A DNA stretch of 64,000 nt from Candidatus Nomurabacteria bacterium (GTDB taxonomy: Bacteria; Patescibacteriota; Minisyncoccia; Phycocordibacterales; UBA9973), in assembly GCA_023898605.1 (NCBI GenBank), contig CP060230.1, positions 321,304 through 385,303 on the forward strand, written 5' to 3'. Position numbers and translations under genes: made by a program. Positions within the stretch are counted from its first letter, which is position 1. Each line of letters opens with the position of its first letter. The notes below the pieces were generated by a model, which ran no database searches, was not told the origin of the DNA, and was given only the letters and a program-made list of their open reading frames with translations. Positions 26,893 to 36,430 of the stretch are shown one piece after another.

Positions 26893-29055
26893 ATGAACCT
26901 CGGTGATAGTATCGAAAAAAACTTTAGACTAACTGAAGCACAAAAGAAAGCGCTCAAAAGATTGAAGATCTCTAGTATAAAAGATCTTCTTTTTTATTTT
27001 CCAGAAAGGTACAGTGCTATATCAGAACTACACTTCATAAACGAACTAACCGAGGGAGAGAACGCCACAATACTCGGCAAAATAATAGACGCCAAAACAA
27101 AAAAATCTTTCAAGTCGAAAATCCCAATGGGCGAAGCAACTCTCGAAGACCCAACAGGAAAAATCAAAATAGTCTGGTTTAACCAAGCATATCTTGCCAA
27201 GATGTTTGTGGCTGGAGACATAGTTCAAGTTTCTGGAAAAGTAAGTCTCGACAAGAAAGGTGAGAAAACTCTGACAAACCCAGAAATCAAGAAAACTCCA
27301 CTTTCTCCTATCGACCTACACTCTACCCTTTTCTACAAAGAAGAATCTCTAGAAGCCGAAGTTCAGTACCCGATATACAGAGAAACACGAGGCATAACTT
27401 CCAAGTGGATATATCACACAATAGAAAAGATAGTTTCTGCCAAAGTCCTAGACGAGATACAAGAATACATACCAGAAGAAATCCTGACTCGGTACAAACT
27501 CCCCTCTCTCAAAACTGCACTTATATGGATACACCTCCCCAAGAAAGAAGCCGACGCTATAGCCGCTAGGAAAAGATTTGCGTTCGAAGAAGTTTTCTTC
27601 ATACAGCTCGGTAGACATATAGATAGAAAGAACTGGCGAGAAAACAAAACATACGAAATAGAGGTAGACCAAGAACTCCAGAAAAAGTTTGAAAAGAACT
27701 TTGGTTTTTCTCTGACAGAAGGTCAGAACAAAGTGATAAACGATATTTTCTCCGACATAGAGAAAGACTCTCCGATGTCTCGCCTTCTCGAAGGAGATGT
27801 AGGCAGCGGAAAGACTGCAGTTGCAGCGAGCATAACAAAACAAGTTGTCTCGACTAGGCCACCTGGACAAAAGTTTGGAAATCTACAAGTCGCATACATG
27901 GCGCCGACAGAGATATTGGCAAGACAGCTTTTTGACAGCTTCACAGAATATTTCAAAAACGATCCGATACAAGTCGGACTCATAACTGGTAGTGGTGCGA
28001 GAAAATTCCCTTCCAAGGTTTATGGTGAGAAATCTACCAATATCTCTCGCCCACAACTCCAGAAATGGGTAAAGAACGGCGAGATACCAGTTCTGATCGG
28101 AACACATACACTTATACAGAAAAGTGTAGAGTTTCGCGATCTTGCTCTTGTGATCATCGATGAACAACATCGTTTCGGTACCAACCAGAGAGCAAGTCTC
28201 GCGAAAAAGTCTGGCTTTGCGCCACACCTGCTTTCTATGACAGCGACACCTATACCCAGAACTCTTGCTCTTACTATATATGGTGACTTGGACCTTTCTG
28301 TTTTGGATCAAATGCCGATGGGAAGGAAAAGTGTCGTAACAGAAATCGTAAAAGAAAACGACAGAGATGAAGCATATGAAAAGATAAAAGAAGAACTAGA
28401 AAACGGAAGACAACTATATGTCATATGTCCGAGGATAGATGAACCAGACGAAACAAAAGAAAAAGCGCTACAAGTAAAAAGTGTGACAACAGAAACAAGA
28501 AGACTCAAAAAAAATGTTTTTCCGGACTACAACATAGAATACCTTCACTCCAAGATGACAAAAGAAAAGAAAGAAAAGACAATGGAAAGATTCTTGAACA
28601 AAGAAATAGACATACTAGTTTCAACTAGTGTTATCGAGGTCGGGATCAATGTTCCGAACGCATCGGTTATGATCATAGAAGGAGCAGAAAGGTTTGGTCT
28701 AGCACAGCTACACCAGCTCCGCGGAAGAATCATGAGAGGAACGCACCAGCCGTACTGCTACCTTTTTGCAGATGTAAAAAGTGACAAGACACTAGAAAGA
28801 ATGAAAGCTATAAAAGAAGCCAAGAACGGTTTCGAACTAGCGGAGATTGATCTCGCTCAACGTGGTATGGGTATGCTTTCTGGAGAAAAACAATGGGGAC
28901 TATCTGACCTCGGAATGGAAGCGATCAAGAATATAAAAATGGTAGAAGCAGCGAGAGAAGAAGCCAAGAAAATAGTTGAAGAAGATAAACTAGAAAGTTA
29001 TACAAAACTAAAAACAGAATTGGAAAAACGAGATCTCAAAATCCACTTCGAATAA
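26893..29055 (+). CDS. recG: ATP-dependent DNA helicase RecG
   Basis: 720 aa with an N-terminal wedge domain, Walker A DVGSGKTAVA, a DEQH box (VIIDEQHRFG) and a C-terminal helicase domain. Confidence 0.85.
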   Translation: MNLGDSIEKNFRLTEAQKKALKRLKISSIKDLLFYFPERYSAISELHFINELTEGENATILGKIIDAKTKKSFKSKIPMGEATLEDPTGKIKIVWFNQAYLAKMFVAGDIVQVSGKVSLDKKGEKTLTNPEIKKTPLSPIDLHSTLFYKEESLEAEVQYPIYRETRGITSKWIYHTIEKIVSAKVLDEIQEYIPEEILTRYKLPSLKTALIWIHLPKKEADAIAARKRFAFEEVFFIQLGRHIDRKNWRENKTYEIEVDQELQKKFEKNFGFSLTEGQNKVINDIFSDIEKDSPMSRLLEGDVGSGKTAVAASITKQVVSTRPPGQKFGNLQVAYMAPTEILARQLFDSFTEYFKNDPIQVGLITGSGARKFPSKVYGEKSTNISRPQLQKWVKNGEIPVLIGTHTLIQKSVEFRDLALVIIDEQHRFGTNQRASLAKKSGFAPHLLSMTATPIPRTLALTIYGDLDLSVLDQMPMGRKSVVTEIVKENDRDEAYEKIKEELENGRQLYVICPRIDEPDETKEKALQVKSVTTETRRLKKNVFPDYNIEYLHSKMTKEKKEKTMERFLNKEIDILVSTSVIEVGINVPNASVMIIEGAERFGLAQLHQLRGRIMRGTHQPYCYLFADVKSDKTLERMKAIKEAKNGFELAEIDLAQRGMGMLSGEKQWGLSDLGMEAIKNIKMVEAAREEAKKIVEEDKLESYTKLKTELEKRDLKIHFE

Positions 29056-29057
29056 AA

Positions 29058-29083
29058 AAGCCGCACATAAAGTGCGGCTTTTG
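29058..29083. terminator. Bidirectional terminator between recG and the hydroxylase gene
   Basis: AAGCCGCACATAAAGTGCGGCTTTTG. Confidence 0.5.
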
Positions 29084-29091
29084 TTAAAAGA

Positions 29092-29997
29092 TCAAAGTTT
29101 AATTCTCTTTTTCATCTTCGCACCAGTTTTCTTTTCCAGATATTCTGGAAGTTTAACGGTGAGAGATTTTTGAAAATCCTTGAAGCTACCAATAACCCAA
29201 AGGTCATCTTGTTTGTGGTAGATCTCTTTTGGTGTCGAAAGCATGTGATCAAATGTCTCGAAGATTTTTTCGATTTTTATCTCATGGTGTCGAACGTTGG
29301 GACTTTCAAGAGAATAAATACACTCTTCTGGTGAAGATAGAATTCCTGGACCCACGATCCAAAGATTGTCATGTTTGTCGAGATTCAAAATGAACTCAAC
29401 CATATACCAGTGGATAAAATCCATTGCCTGCATAACCTTGATATCAAAGTTAAAGCCCTGCTCCACAGCCAAACCCGCCACCTGACTTACATCAGCAAAC
29501 GGCGTAAGGCTAAGAGCGGCTCCATGACCAAAAGGACCCTCGTGGAAATTGTCAGGCTTCGGAGTATAGTCTCTTTCTTCCCATGACCTTAAGTACAAGG
29601 TAGAAGGAAACATTCTCCTGGCATAACCAGCAAAAAGAACATCGTCTGGAGTCACGTCTTCGCTATAGTAATAACGAAAGTTACTTATCTCCTGAAGTCT
29701 TTTACTGAGAACACTTAATCTTGGAATACGATCTTTTTCCGGCCAGATTTTTTCTGATCCTTTTATAATTTCCGGGTGAACACGACCTGGCCAAACCTCA
29801 TCAATTGCTTTGACAAGATAGGCAAAGGTTTTGTGATCTTGCTCAGAATATCTATTTTCATAGTCCTGAACTTCGTCCCAGTCTATAGAAGCGAGTCTCG
29901 AGACTTCTTCTATAGCATTTGATTGTTTTGCCATAACTATTGTCAATTTTTTATCAATATAGTCTATTATGGAGATATAATCAATCAAAAAGCACAA
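29092..29997 (-). CDS. Aromatic amino acid hydroxylase (phenylalanine-4-hydroxylase-like)
   Basis: Contains ...YTPKPDNFHEGPFGHGAAL..., matching the iron-binding TPEPDxxHExxGH region of biopterin-dependent hydroxylases. Confidence 0.5.
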   Translation of the reverse strand: MCFLIDYISIIDYIDKKLTIVMAKQSNAIEEVSRLASIDWDEVQDYENRYSEQDHKTFAYLVKAIDEVWPGRVHPEIIKGSEKIWPEKDRIPRLSVLSKRLQEISNFRYYYSEDVTPDDVLFAGYARRMFPSTLYLRSWEERDYTPKPDNFHEGPFGHGAALSLTPFADVSQVAGLAVEQGFNFDIKVMQAMDFIHWYMVEFILNLDKHDNLWIVGPGILSSPEECIYSLESPNVRHHEIKIEKIFETFDHMLSTPKEIYHKQDDLWVIGSFKDFQKSLTVKLPEYLEKKTGAKMKKRIKL

Positions 29998-30032
29998 AAC
30001 GCCTTAAAATAAGGCGTTTTGTGCTTTTTTGT

Positions 30033-30105
30033 CCACCCTCTTGGACTCGAACCAAGGACCCCAGAGGTATAAGCTCTGTGCTCTAACCAACTGAGCTAAG
30101 GGTGG
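30033..30105 (-). tRNA. tRNA-Ile (anticodon TAT)
   Basis: Minus-strand cloverleaf: acceptor CCACCCT/AGGGTGG, D-arm GCTCAGTTGGTTAGAGC, anticodon stem-loop CAGAG-CTTATAC-CTCTG, T-arm CTTGGTTCGAGTCCAAG. Confidence 0.65.
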
Positions 30106-30326
30106 AAATATCCTTATAATCTCCACCTGGCAACTTGTGCCTCTAACCCCTGCCTGCCCAATTCTGGCAGGAACTTGAAGCTAAGGGTGGAAATGTTGGC
30201 TATATAGATTGATAATATACATCATTTTTTTGTCTTAGACAATACAAACATTTTACTTGCAAAGACTCACCCCTATACTATAATAGAAAGTAGGAGGGGT
30301 TAAAAGTTTAACCTTATTTTTATTTT

Positions 30327-30803
30327 ATGAACGAATTTATTTCAAAAAAAATCGGTGAAGTGCTAGCTTTCTCCGAGATCGGAATAGAGACAATAGAAAA
30401 AACTCGCGATACTCTAAAGCCTGAAGTTGAAGAAACATTTGTTTTGGACATACTAGAAAAAAACCAACTTCACGCAGAAGAGCTTCGAAAAATCGCAAGT
30501 GAAAACAATATAATAGAAACAGTCGAAGCAAAACAAGGTGAAACCGGTGGCAAGCTGAGACAAATGCGAGACATGTATATCGACGAGAAGTGGAATAGTC
30601 CTTCTCATATATTTGAGTGGATGCTTTTCTTCGAAGGAGCAGCTTATGGACACTGGGCTCTTATAAAAGGCGCCGGAGAATCTGCCAACAGAGAAGATCT
30701 AATCCTTCTAGCAGAAGAAGCTATGAACTTCCATCACGAAACACTAGAAAAAGTAGTGAGTGAACTCGAACAAGTCGGGATGGACAAAGGAGACGAGAAT
30801 TAA
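30327..30803 (+). CDS. Hypothetical protein
   Basis: 158-aa acidic helical protein, followed by a terminator. Confidence 0.4.
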   Translation: MNEFISKKIGEVLAFSEIGIETIEKTRDTLKPEVEETFVLDILEKNQLHAEELRKIASENNIIETVEAKQGETGGKLRQMRDMYIDEKWNSPSHIFEWMLFFEGAAYGHWALIKGAGESANREDLILLAEEAMNFHHETLEKVVSELEQVGMDKGDEN

Positions 30804-30831
30804 AAAAACTCCACGATCGTGGAGTTTTTTT
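30803..30831. terminator. Bidirectional terminator
   Basis: AAAAAACTCCACGATCGTGGAGTTTTTTT. Confidence 0.55.
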
Positions 30832-32743
30832 AATTTTCTTTTTCGTCTTTGAATCTTTGTTTTATATTTACACCATTTTGCACCAAAAGTTCTTCGTATT
30901 CTTTTTGTTCTAGTGTTTCTACTTCTATAAGTTTGTCAGCAAGAGTATCCAGGAGTTTTCTGTTTTCTGTTAGAACTTCTTTTGCTTTTTTCATTGCTTC
31001 AGAAAGTATCTTTCTGACTTCGTTGTCTATTTTGGCAGAGATTTCTTCTGAAACATCTCTGTCTGGAAATCTTCCTCCATCTCCTGCAAAAGCAACTGGA
31101 CCGATATCACTACTCATGCCCCACCTAGAAACCATAGCTCTCGCCATATTTGTAGCAACTTGTAAGTCGTTTGATGGACCTGTTGTTACATCACCAAAAA
31201 CTATTTCTTCTGCTGCATATCCACCGAGAGTCATAGTTATATCATCTAGAAATTCTTTTCTTGATTGCAATCTCCTGTCTTCTGTTGGGATCTTGAGTGT
31301 ATAACCACCAGCATGTCCACGAGAAACGATAGAAACCTTGTGTACAGGATCGGCGTCTGGCAGAAGAGATGCAACGAGTGCGTGACCACCCTCGTGATAA
31401 GCAACTATCTTCTTTTCTTTTTTGCTCATGACATGACTTTTTCTTTCTGGACCAAGCATTACTTTTTCTATCGATCTTATGAGATCATTTTGTGCTATTT
31501 TCTTTCTGTCTTCTCTTGCTGCAAGAATCGCTGCTTCGTTCATAAGAGAGTAAAGGTCTGCACCAGAAAATCCAGAAGTTCTTTCTGCAATAACTTTGAG
31601 ATTGATATCTTGGTCAAACGGTTTTTTTCTAGCGTGTATTCTTAGTATTTCTTCTCTATCACTTCTATCTGGAAGCTCTAGCAAAACTCTACGGTCAAAC
31701 CTACCAGGACGAAGAAGTGCTGGATCCAGAACGTCAGACCTGTTTGTAGCAGCCATAACTATAACTTTTTCTGTTGGCTCAAAACCATCCATTTCTACTA
31801 GTATCTGGTTTAGAGTTTGTTCTCTTTCGTCATTTCCGCCACCGATACCTGTACCTCTTATCCTTCCGACTGCATCGATCTCATCGACAAACACAATAGA
31901 AGGAGACGCTTTTTTCGCCATCTGGAACAAATCTCTTACTCTAGAAGCACCAACACCGACAAACATTTCTACAAACTCTGAACCAGATAGGTGGAAAAAT
32001 GGTACTCCAGCTTCTCCTGCAACAGCTCTAGCAAGCAAAGTTTTACCTGTTCCTGGCTCACCAGTTAGAAGCACTCCTTTTGGAATCTGTGCGCCTATAT
32101 CTAGAAACTTTTTTGGATTACGTAGAAAGTCTACTATTTCTGCTAATTCTAGCTTTGCTTCTTTACAACCAGCGACATCAGCAAATGTTACTTTGTTCTT
32201 TTTGTCATTTGGATTTGTGATTTTTGCTTTTGATTGTCCGAAAGAAAACGCTTGCATCCCTGCACCTTTGACTTGTCTAGACAAAAACCAAAAGATCAAA
32301 AGTATAAATATAATCGGTAGTGCGATAGGAAGAATGTTCAGAAGTATGTATCCGAAACCTGACTCGTTTTTGATAGCAAGTTTTACTGTATCTAGATTTT
32401 CTGGAGTAACGCCGTATATAGAAAGAGTTTCAGAAAGTGAGCTCTCTAATTCTTTTTTGGTTTTGTATTCTGTACCATTTGTATCGATAAATGTAACAGT
32501 GCTACCTGCTACAGTTACTTCTGTTACTTCCCCACTCTTTATCCTAGAAGCAAGGTCCGAAATAGCAACGTCTTCTATTTTTTGTTTGTTTTCAGTAAAA
32601 AGTGAGTATAGAGCACTTATTAGAAGAAAAACAAAAAGAACGTTCATGATATAAGAAACCATACTCCTAGGCTTTTTAGGGCCTTTGCCTTTGATAAAAA
32701 CTATCTTTTTATTTGGTTTTTTCTTGGAATCCTTTTTCTCCAT
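30830..32743 (-). CDS. ftsH: ATP-dependent zinc metalloprotease FtsH
   Basis: Two N-terminal TM helices, AAA Walker A GEPGTGKT, SRH region and the HEGGH zinc site. Confidence 0.9.
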   Translation of the reverse strand: MEKKDSKKKPNKKIVFIKGKGPKKPRSMVSYIMNVLFVFLLISALYSLFTENKQKIEDVAISDLASRIKSGEVTEVTVAGSTVTFIDTNGTEYKTKKELESSLSETLSIYGVTPENLDTVKLAIKNESGFGYILLNILPIALPIIFILLIFWFLSRQVKGAGMQAFSFGQSKAKITNPNDKKNKVTFADVAGCKEAKLELAEIVDFLRNPKKFLDIGAQIPKGVLLTGEPGTGKTLLARAVAGEAGVPFFHLSGSEFVEMFVGVGASRVRDLFQMAKKASPSIVFVDEIDAVGRIRGTGIGGGNDEREQTLNQILVEMDGFEPTEKVIVMAATNRSDVLDPALLRPGRFDRRVLLELPDRSDREEILRIHARKKPFDQDINLKVIAERTSGFSGADLYSLMNEAAILAAREDRKKIAQNDLIRSIEKVMLGPERKSHVMSKKEKKIVAYHEGGHALVASLLPDADPVHKVSIVSRGHAGGYTLKIPTEDRRLQSRKEFLDDITMTLGGYAAEEIVFGDVTTGPSNDLQVATNMARAMVSRWGMSSDIGPVAFAGDGGRFPDRDVSEEISAKIDNEVRKILSEAMKKAKEVLTENRKLLDTLADKLIEVETLEQKEYEELLVQNGVNIKQRFKDEKEN

Positions 32744-32823
32744 ATTTGCAAAAACACTATAACATAAAAGCCAGACTTTTTCGATAAATAAAAAACCGCG
32801 GACCTATAAGATCTGCGGATTGT

Positions 32824-33471
32824 TTACTCTGGGTTTCCTTCCTGTTCATCCAGCGTCGGCTTTGTAGTTGACTTAGAGTAACTCTTCTCTGAAGACTCAA
32901 AGAATTCACTAATTGCCTGGATGCTTAAATTTGACTGAAATAGATCAAAGGCCTGTTTGTTTTTTTGCCTTTGAAATAAATCTGACAGGTATATGACCTT
33001 CTGATACTCTTCAATTATCTGCCTTCTTCTCTTAATCATGGAGCCTAGACGAAGTCTGATAAAATCATCTTTATCAAAACAAAGCTTTTCCAGTTGTTCT
33101 GGTGACAATTTTTCCCAAATCAAAAATCTTTCATTGTCCCAACCATCAAGATATCCTCCGTGAAACACGATCTTTTCGATCTTTTCATGAATTAGTGATC
33201 TCAAAAGACCACCAATGTTGAAACTGTCGTATTCGTCAGGAAGGATGAAATTTCTGTCAGGTAAATCGATGTTTGGATGAAATTCTGCACCACCGCCAAA
33301 ACATACGAGAATTGTTCCCTGCTCCAATTCTGCAACAAGGAGAGGATGACGTTCGATTTTAAAGTCTCCCCTTGGTATTACAGAATCATCTTTAATACAA
33401 AGACTTGGTCCGTAGCCAATGAGCTCAACTGCAAGCTCAAAGGGTACCGCTGTATACAGTTCGGTTTTCAT
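32824..33471 (-). CDS. Hypothetical protein
   Basis: 215-aa ORF; no confident motif. Confidence 0.35.
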   Translation of the reverse strand: MKTELYTAVPFELAVELIGYGPSLCIKDDSVIPRGDFKIERHPLLVAELEQGTILVCFGGGAEFHPNIDLPDRNFILPDEYDSFNIGGLLRSLIHEKIEKIVFHGGYLDGWDNERFLIWEKLSPEQLEKLCFDKDDFIRLRLGSMIKRRRQIIEEYQKVIYLSDLFQRQKNKQAFDLFQSNLSIQAISEFFESSEKSYSKSTTKPTLDEQEGNPE

Positions 33472-33642
33472 AAAATTTACAATATTTTTTCATAGATTAA
33501 CAGATGATTTTGATTCTGTCAAATAGATAATGTTCCTACCATATATAGAAAAGTCTAAGTTGTTGAAGAAAAAACCTCATAACACAAAAGCTTTGAAATA
33601 TCGATAAATAAAAAGGAGACGGTTTCCCGTCTCCTATAGCGT

Positions 33643-34173
33643 TTATCCAATAAGGCCGTAGACTTTTATGGCTGCAATTATTATGGATATAATTTGAAGA
33701 ACCACATAATACTTCGCACTCCTTTTCCAGTAAAAGAAAGCCAACATCAAGTGTGAAACTATCAAAGCTATCCACCCACCCACAAAAATCTTGTATCCCA
33801 GCATTAAAAAAGCCGATATCACAGCAACCGTGATTAGACCCTGGATATGTCCCATTAGTCCACCTTTTCTCGATGTCCTTATGTAAACAAATAGCGCAAA
33901 CACGAAAGTTATGCCCAATACTATGTAGTCCCAAAAGAACAACCCGGCGATCTCGTTTGACCATTTATACCAACCAAAGGCAGACATACCAGCTAATCCT
34001 GTTACTGTCACAGCAAGCATAGTATCTTTCCTCAGTAAATTATAGATCGAGATCAGAACATATCCGATCAGAGAAAAAGGCCAACCGACAATCGAATCAA
34101 AAGCCAGTAAAATCTTGGAAAGAAGTGCGCTTACTGAAGATATGACTTCGATTACCTTCAATTGTTTTTTCAT
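33643..34173 (-). CDS. Integral membrane protein, possibly PnuC-like
   Basis: 176 aa with 5-6 predicted TM helices and Trp-rich loops. Confidence 0.35.
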   Translation of the reverse strand: MKKQLKVIEVISSVSALLSKILLAFDSIVGWPFSLIGYVLISIYNLLRKDTMLAVTVTGLAGMSAFGWYKWSNEIAGLFFWDYIVLGITFVFALFVYIRTSRKGGLMGHIQGLITVAVISAFLMLGYKIFVGGWIALIVSHLMLAFFYWKRSAKYYVVLQIISIIIAAIKVYGLIG

Positions 34174-34523
34174 TGTGCAATTTATTTTTCTAGTTATATT
34201 TTATCACAAAATACTTATTTGTCAATAAAAAACCCGCGCACACGTCACAGGTTTTTGTTTAGCATGTCCAGGAAGAGTCCTGAACAAATAAAAGTTGGAA
34301 GTATCATAGAAAAAAGGAATGCTGACTCGATCCCTTCTTCAAAGAACAATATCGCAGAAACGAGACCTAGTGCTCCCAAAATAGGGGTGTAGTATATTCG
34401 TCTTTTTTTCCTTGCCGTTTCTCCCCAGAGTTTATAGTCCAAAGGTTCTTTCATACTGGATTGATTTTTTAGGAGTATAAACAAAAAACTAGCCAGTGGC
34501 TAGTTTTTTTGTATTTTGTGGAA

Positions 34524-34760
34524 TTAAATCAAATGTCTATTCGCAAAAGCAAAACCAGATCCATGCTTTAAGTATTTTTCAAAATCTAATGCTTTATTTT
34601 TATCTTTAAAAGCTGAATAAAAAATTAATTCAAAATCTCCACTTTTCGTTGTTTTAACAGTCTTATGATTATGACTCTTTAATCTAGATTTCAAATCTCT
34701 AGTAAAACCAACATAACGCTCTTTTGATTCTTTATTTTTTAAAATATAAACGTAATACAC
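34524..34760 (-). CDS. Small GIY-YIG nuclease-domain protein (YhbQ/UPF0213-like)
   Basis: MYYVYILKNKESKERYVGFTRDLKSRLKSHNH..., the GIY-(10)-YIG, R and H pattern; 78 aa. Confidence 0.65.
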   Translation of the reverse strand: MYYVYILKNKESKERYVGFTRDLKSRLKSHNHKTVKTTKSGDFELIFYSAFKDKNKALDFEKYLKHGSGFAFANRHLI

Positions 34761-34827
34761 GATAAAATTATATCAATAAGTTCTTCTTCGCTAAAGCTAC
34801 AAAGAACCACTGCTTCTTTTTTATAAA

Positions 34828-34856
34828 ACAAAACACCCTAACTTTAGGGTGTTTTG
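34828..34856. terminator. Bidirectional terminator
   Basis: AAAACACCCTAACTTTAGGGTGTTTT. Confidence 0.5.
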
Positions 34857-34867
34857 TTTTTGCTTAT

Positions 34868-35010
34868 TGTGCCCTCACTGCGTTATCAAGATTATTCAGT
34901 GCGTGCACTGCGAATTTTTATAAGATAAAAGTGCGTGCACTGCGAATTTTTATAAGATAAAAGTGCGTGCACTGCGAATTTTTATAAGATAAAAGTGCGT
35001 GCACTGCGAA
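34868..35010. repeat. Tandem direct repeat, 32-bp unit in about 4.5 copies, with no spacers
   Basis: The unit GTGCGTGCACTGCGAATTTTTATAAGATAAAA occupies 34899-34930, 34931-34962 and 34963-34994. A partial unit spans 34995-35010 and a degenerate copy lies at 34868-34898. Confidence 0.85.
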
Positions 35011-35025
35011 GCTTTAGCGAAGCAG

Positions 35026-35410
35026 TGGAAATGGGGGGAATCGAACCCCCGTGCAACAACTTCTCTACTATTCGTCTACATGTTTATTTCTATTTCGTAT
35101 CTCGATTACAAACTAAAAAATAGAACAAAACCGATTGTAATCTAACTCAAAATTTTTCGTGTCAGAAAGAGAGTGGCTTCCAGACCTTATCTCAGAAAGT
35201 ATTATACCCGTTATATCCACCCTGAGAAAAAGATATAGGGGCAGCTAGCGATTTATACGCGAGCGTAAGCAAAATCGTTCATACTAAAGTATGGAGATTT
35301 TACTGAAAATGCTTTTGCATTTATGTTTTGTGTCAAACTTTTACGAAAATAGGACACTTATTCGACATGCAAAATAACAAAGACGGCTATTGTCGATACC
35401 GATCATTCCC
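35026..35410 (-). ncRNA. ssrA: Candidate tmRNA (ssrA)
   Basis: The minus strand ends ...GGGGGTTCGATTCCCCC-CATTTCC-A (T-arm plus 3' acceptor strand) and begins GGGAATG-ATCGGTATCGAC, whose first 7 nt pair perfectly with CATTTCC. The gene is about 385 nt and lies immediately downstream of smpB. The tag ORF was not resolved. Confidence 0.5.
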
Positions 35411-35437
35411 CTAAATCATTTTGCTTTGCAAAATGAT

Positions 35438-35610
35438 CGGGCGAACATTTGCTTTATCAAGCAAATGTTTTAGCCATAAATCTTATATCACATTGATATA
35501 AGTCGGGCGAACATTTGCTTTATCAAGTAAATGTTTTAGCCATAAATCTTATATCACATTGATATAAGTCGGGCGAACATTTGCTTTATCAAGCAAATGT
35601 TTTAGCCATA
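35438..35610. repeat. Tandem direct repeat, 66-bp unit in about 2.6 copies, each containing two hairpins
   Basis: Units at 35438-35503 and 35504-35569, with a partial unit from 35570. Internal palindromes AACATTTGC-TTTATCAA-GCAAATGTT and ATATCA-CAT-TGATAT. Confidence 0.8.
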
Positions 35611-35621
35611 TAAGTAACTTC

Positions 35622-35885
35622 TTATGAGTTACTTTGTATATAACTTTTCAAAATTTTACTTTTTTCTCTTGCGCCCCAAAGACTTTTTAGAAACCTTTCT
35701 CGTTTGAAGGCCTCTGATTTATTATCAAAAATTTCTTTTTTAATCAAAACAATAGGTCTTCTGTTTTTGGTTGATTCCACAAAACCTGAATTATGTCTAA
35801 TCAATCTTTTTTCTAAATCAGAAGTACAACCAACATAAAGCTTCTTATCTTTTTCACTAAAAAGTATATATACAAAGTAACTCAT
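35622..35885 (-). CDS. Small GIY-YIG nuclease-domain protein
   Basis: MSYFVYILFSEKDKKLYVGCTSDLEKRLIRHNSG...; 87 aa. Confidence 0.65.
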   Translation of the reverse strand: MSYFVYILFSEKDKKLYVGCTSDLEKRLIRHNSGFVESTKNRRPIVLIKKEIFDNKSEAFKRERFLKSLWGAREKSKILKSYIQSNS

Positions 35886-35886
35886 T

Positions 35887-36330
35887 TTACCTTTTCAAGG
35901 TTCTTCCGAGAGCTCTCTCTGTGTCTCTTTTTTTGATAGTTTCGCGTTTATCGTATTTCTTCTTACCACGACAAATACCAATAGACACTTTGATTACTCT
36001 TCCTTTATTATACAACGAAAGTGGCACTATTGTCAAACCTTTGGTTTTTTCTGTGTTTTCTAGTTTCTTGATCTCATCCTTGGATAGAAGAAGCCTTTTT
36101 ACCCTTTCTGGATCATAGTCTTCTGGAGAATTGTTTGGTTGATATGGGTCTATTTTTAGCCCTAAAACGAACGCTTCTCCACCTCTTATGATAACCCTGC
36201 CTCCTACAAGAGAGCACTTACCACTTTTGACAGATTTGACCTCATATCCAAAAAGCTCGATTCCCGCCTCGATTTTCTCCAGTACTTCATAATCGAAGTA
36301 TGCTTTCTTATTTTGGGCAAAATCAGCCAT
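35887..36330 (-). CDS. smpB: SsrA-binding protein SmpB
   Basis: 147 aa, ...KKAYFDYEVLEKIEAGIELFGYEVKS...LLLSKDEIKKL... with a basic C-terminal tail. Confidence 0.85.
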   Translation of the reverse strand: MADFAQNKKAYFDYEVLEKIEAGIELFGYEVKSVKSGKCSLVGGRVIIRGGEAFVLGLKIDPYQPNNSPEDYDPERVKRLLLSKDEIKKLENTEKTKGLTIVPLSLYNKGRVIKVSIGICRGKKKYDKRETIKKRDTERALGRTLKR

Positions 36331-36373
36331 ATTTATAGGGGTAATTATAGCATTTATATAACATTTTTATTAT

Positions 36374-36402
36374 TTGACATAAAGGCCAAAATGGTTTAGA
36401 AT
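36374..36402 (+). promoter_or_regulatory. Sigma-70-like promoter upstream of infC
   Basis: TTGACA at 36374-36379, a 17-nt spacer, then TAGAAT at 36397-36402. Confidence 0.5.
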
Positions 36403-36430
36403 CCCCTAGTACAAATATTGTCACTCCATT

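Noticed and set aside
27414-28733. Cluster of 60-140-aa minus-strand ORFs inside recG
   Set aside because: All are antisense to a well-supported recG frame. They are Cys/Leu/Phe-rich and motif-free.
31596-32654. 352-aa plus-strand ORF, and other long ORFs (31265-31645, 30849-31304), antisense to ftsH
   Set aside because: They overlap the strongly conserved ftsH coding sequence and encode low-complexity S/P/L-rich products. They are typical antisense-frame artefacts.
34162-34484. Two overlapping small ORFs on opposite strands (34162-34392 plus, 34245-34484 minus)
   Set aside because: At most one can be real. The minus-strand one has two hydrophobic helices and is the likelier, but neither has supporting signals, so neither was listed.
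34868-35010. 32-bp tandem repeats considered as a possible CRISPR array
   Set aside because: Units are directly contiguous with no unique spacers and are nearly identical, so this is a simple tandem repeat. No cas genes are nearby.
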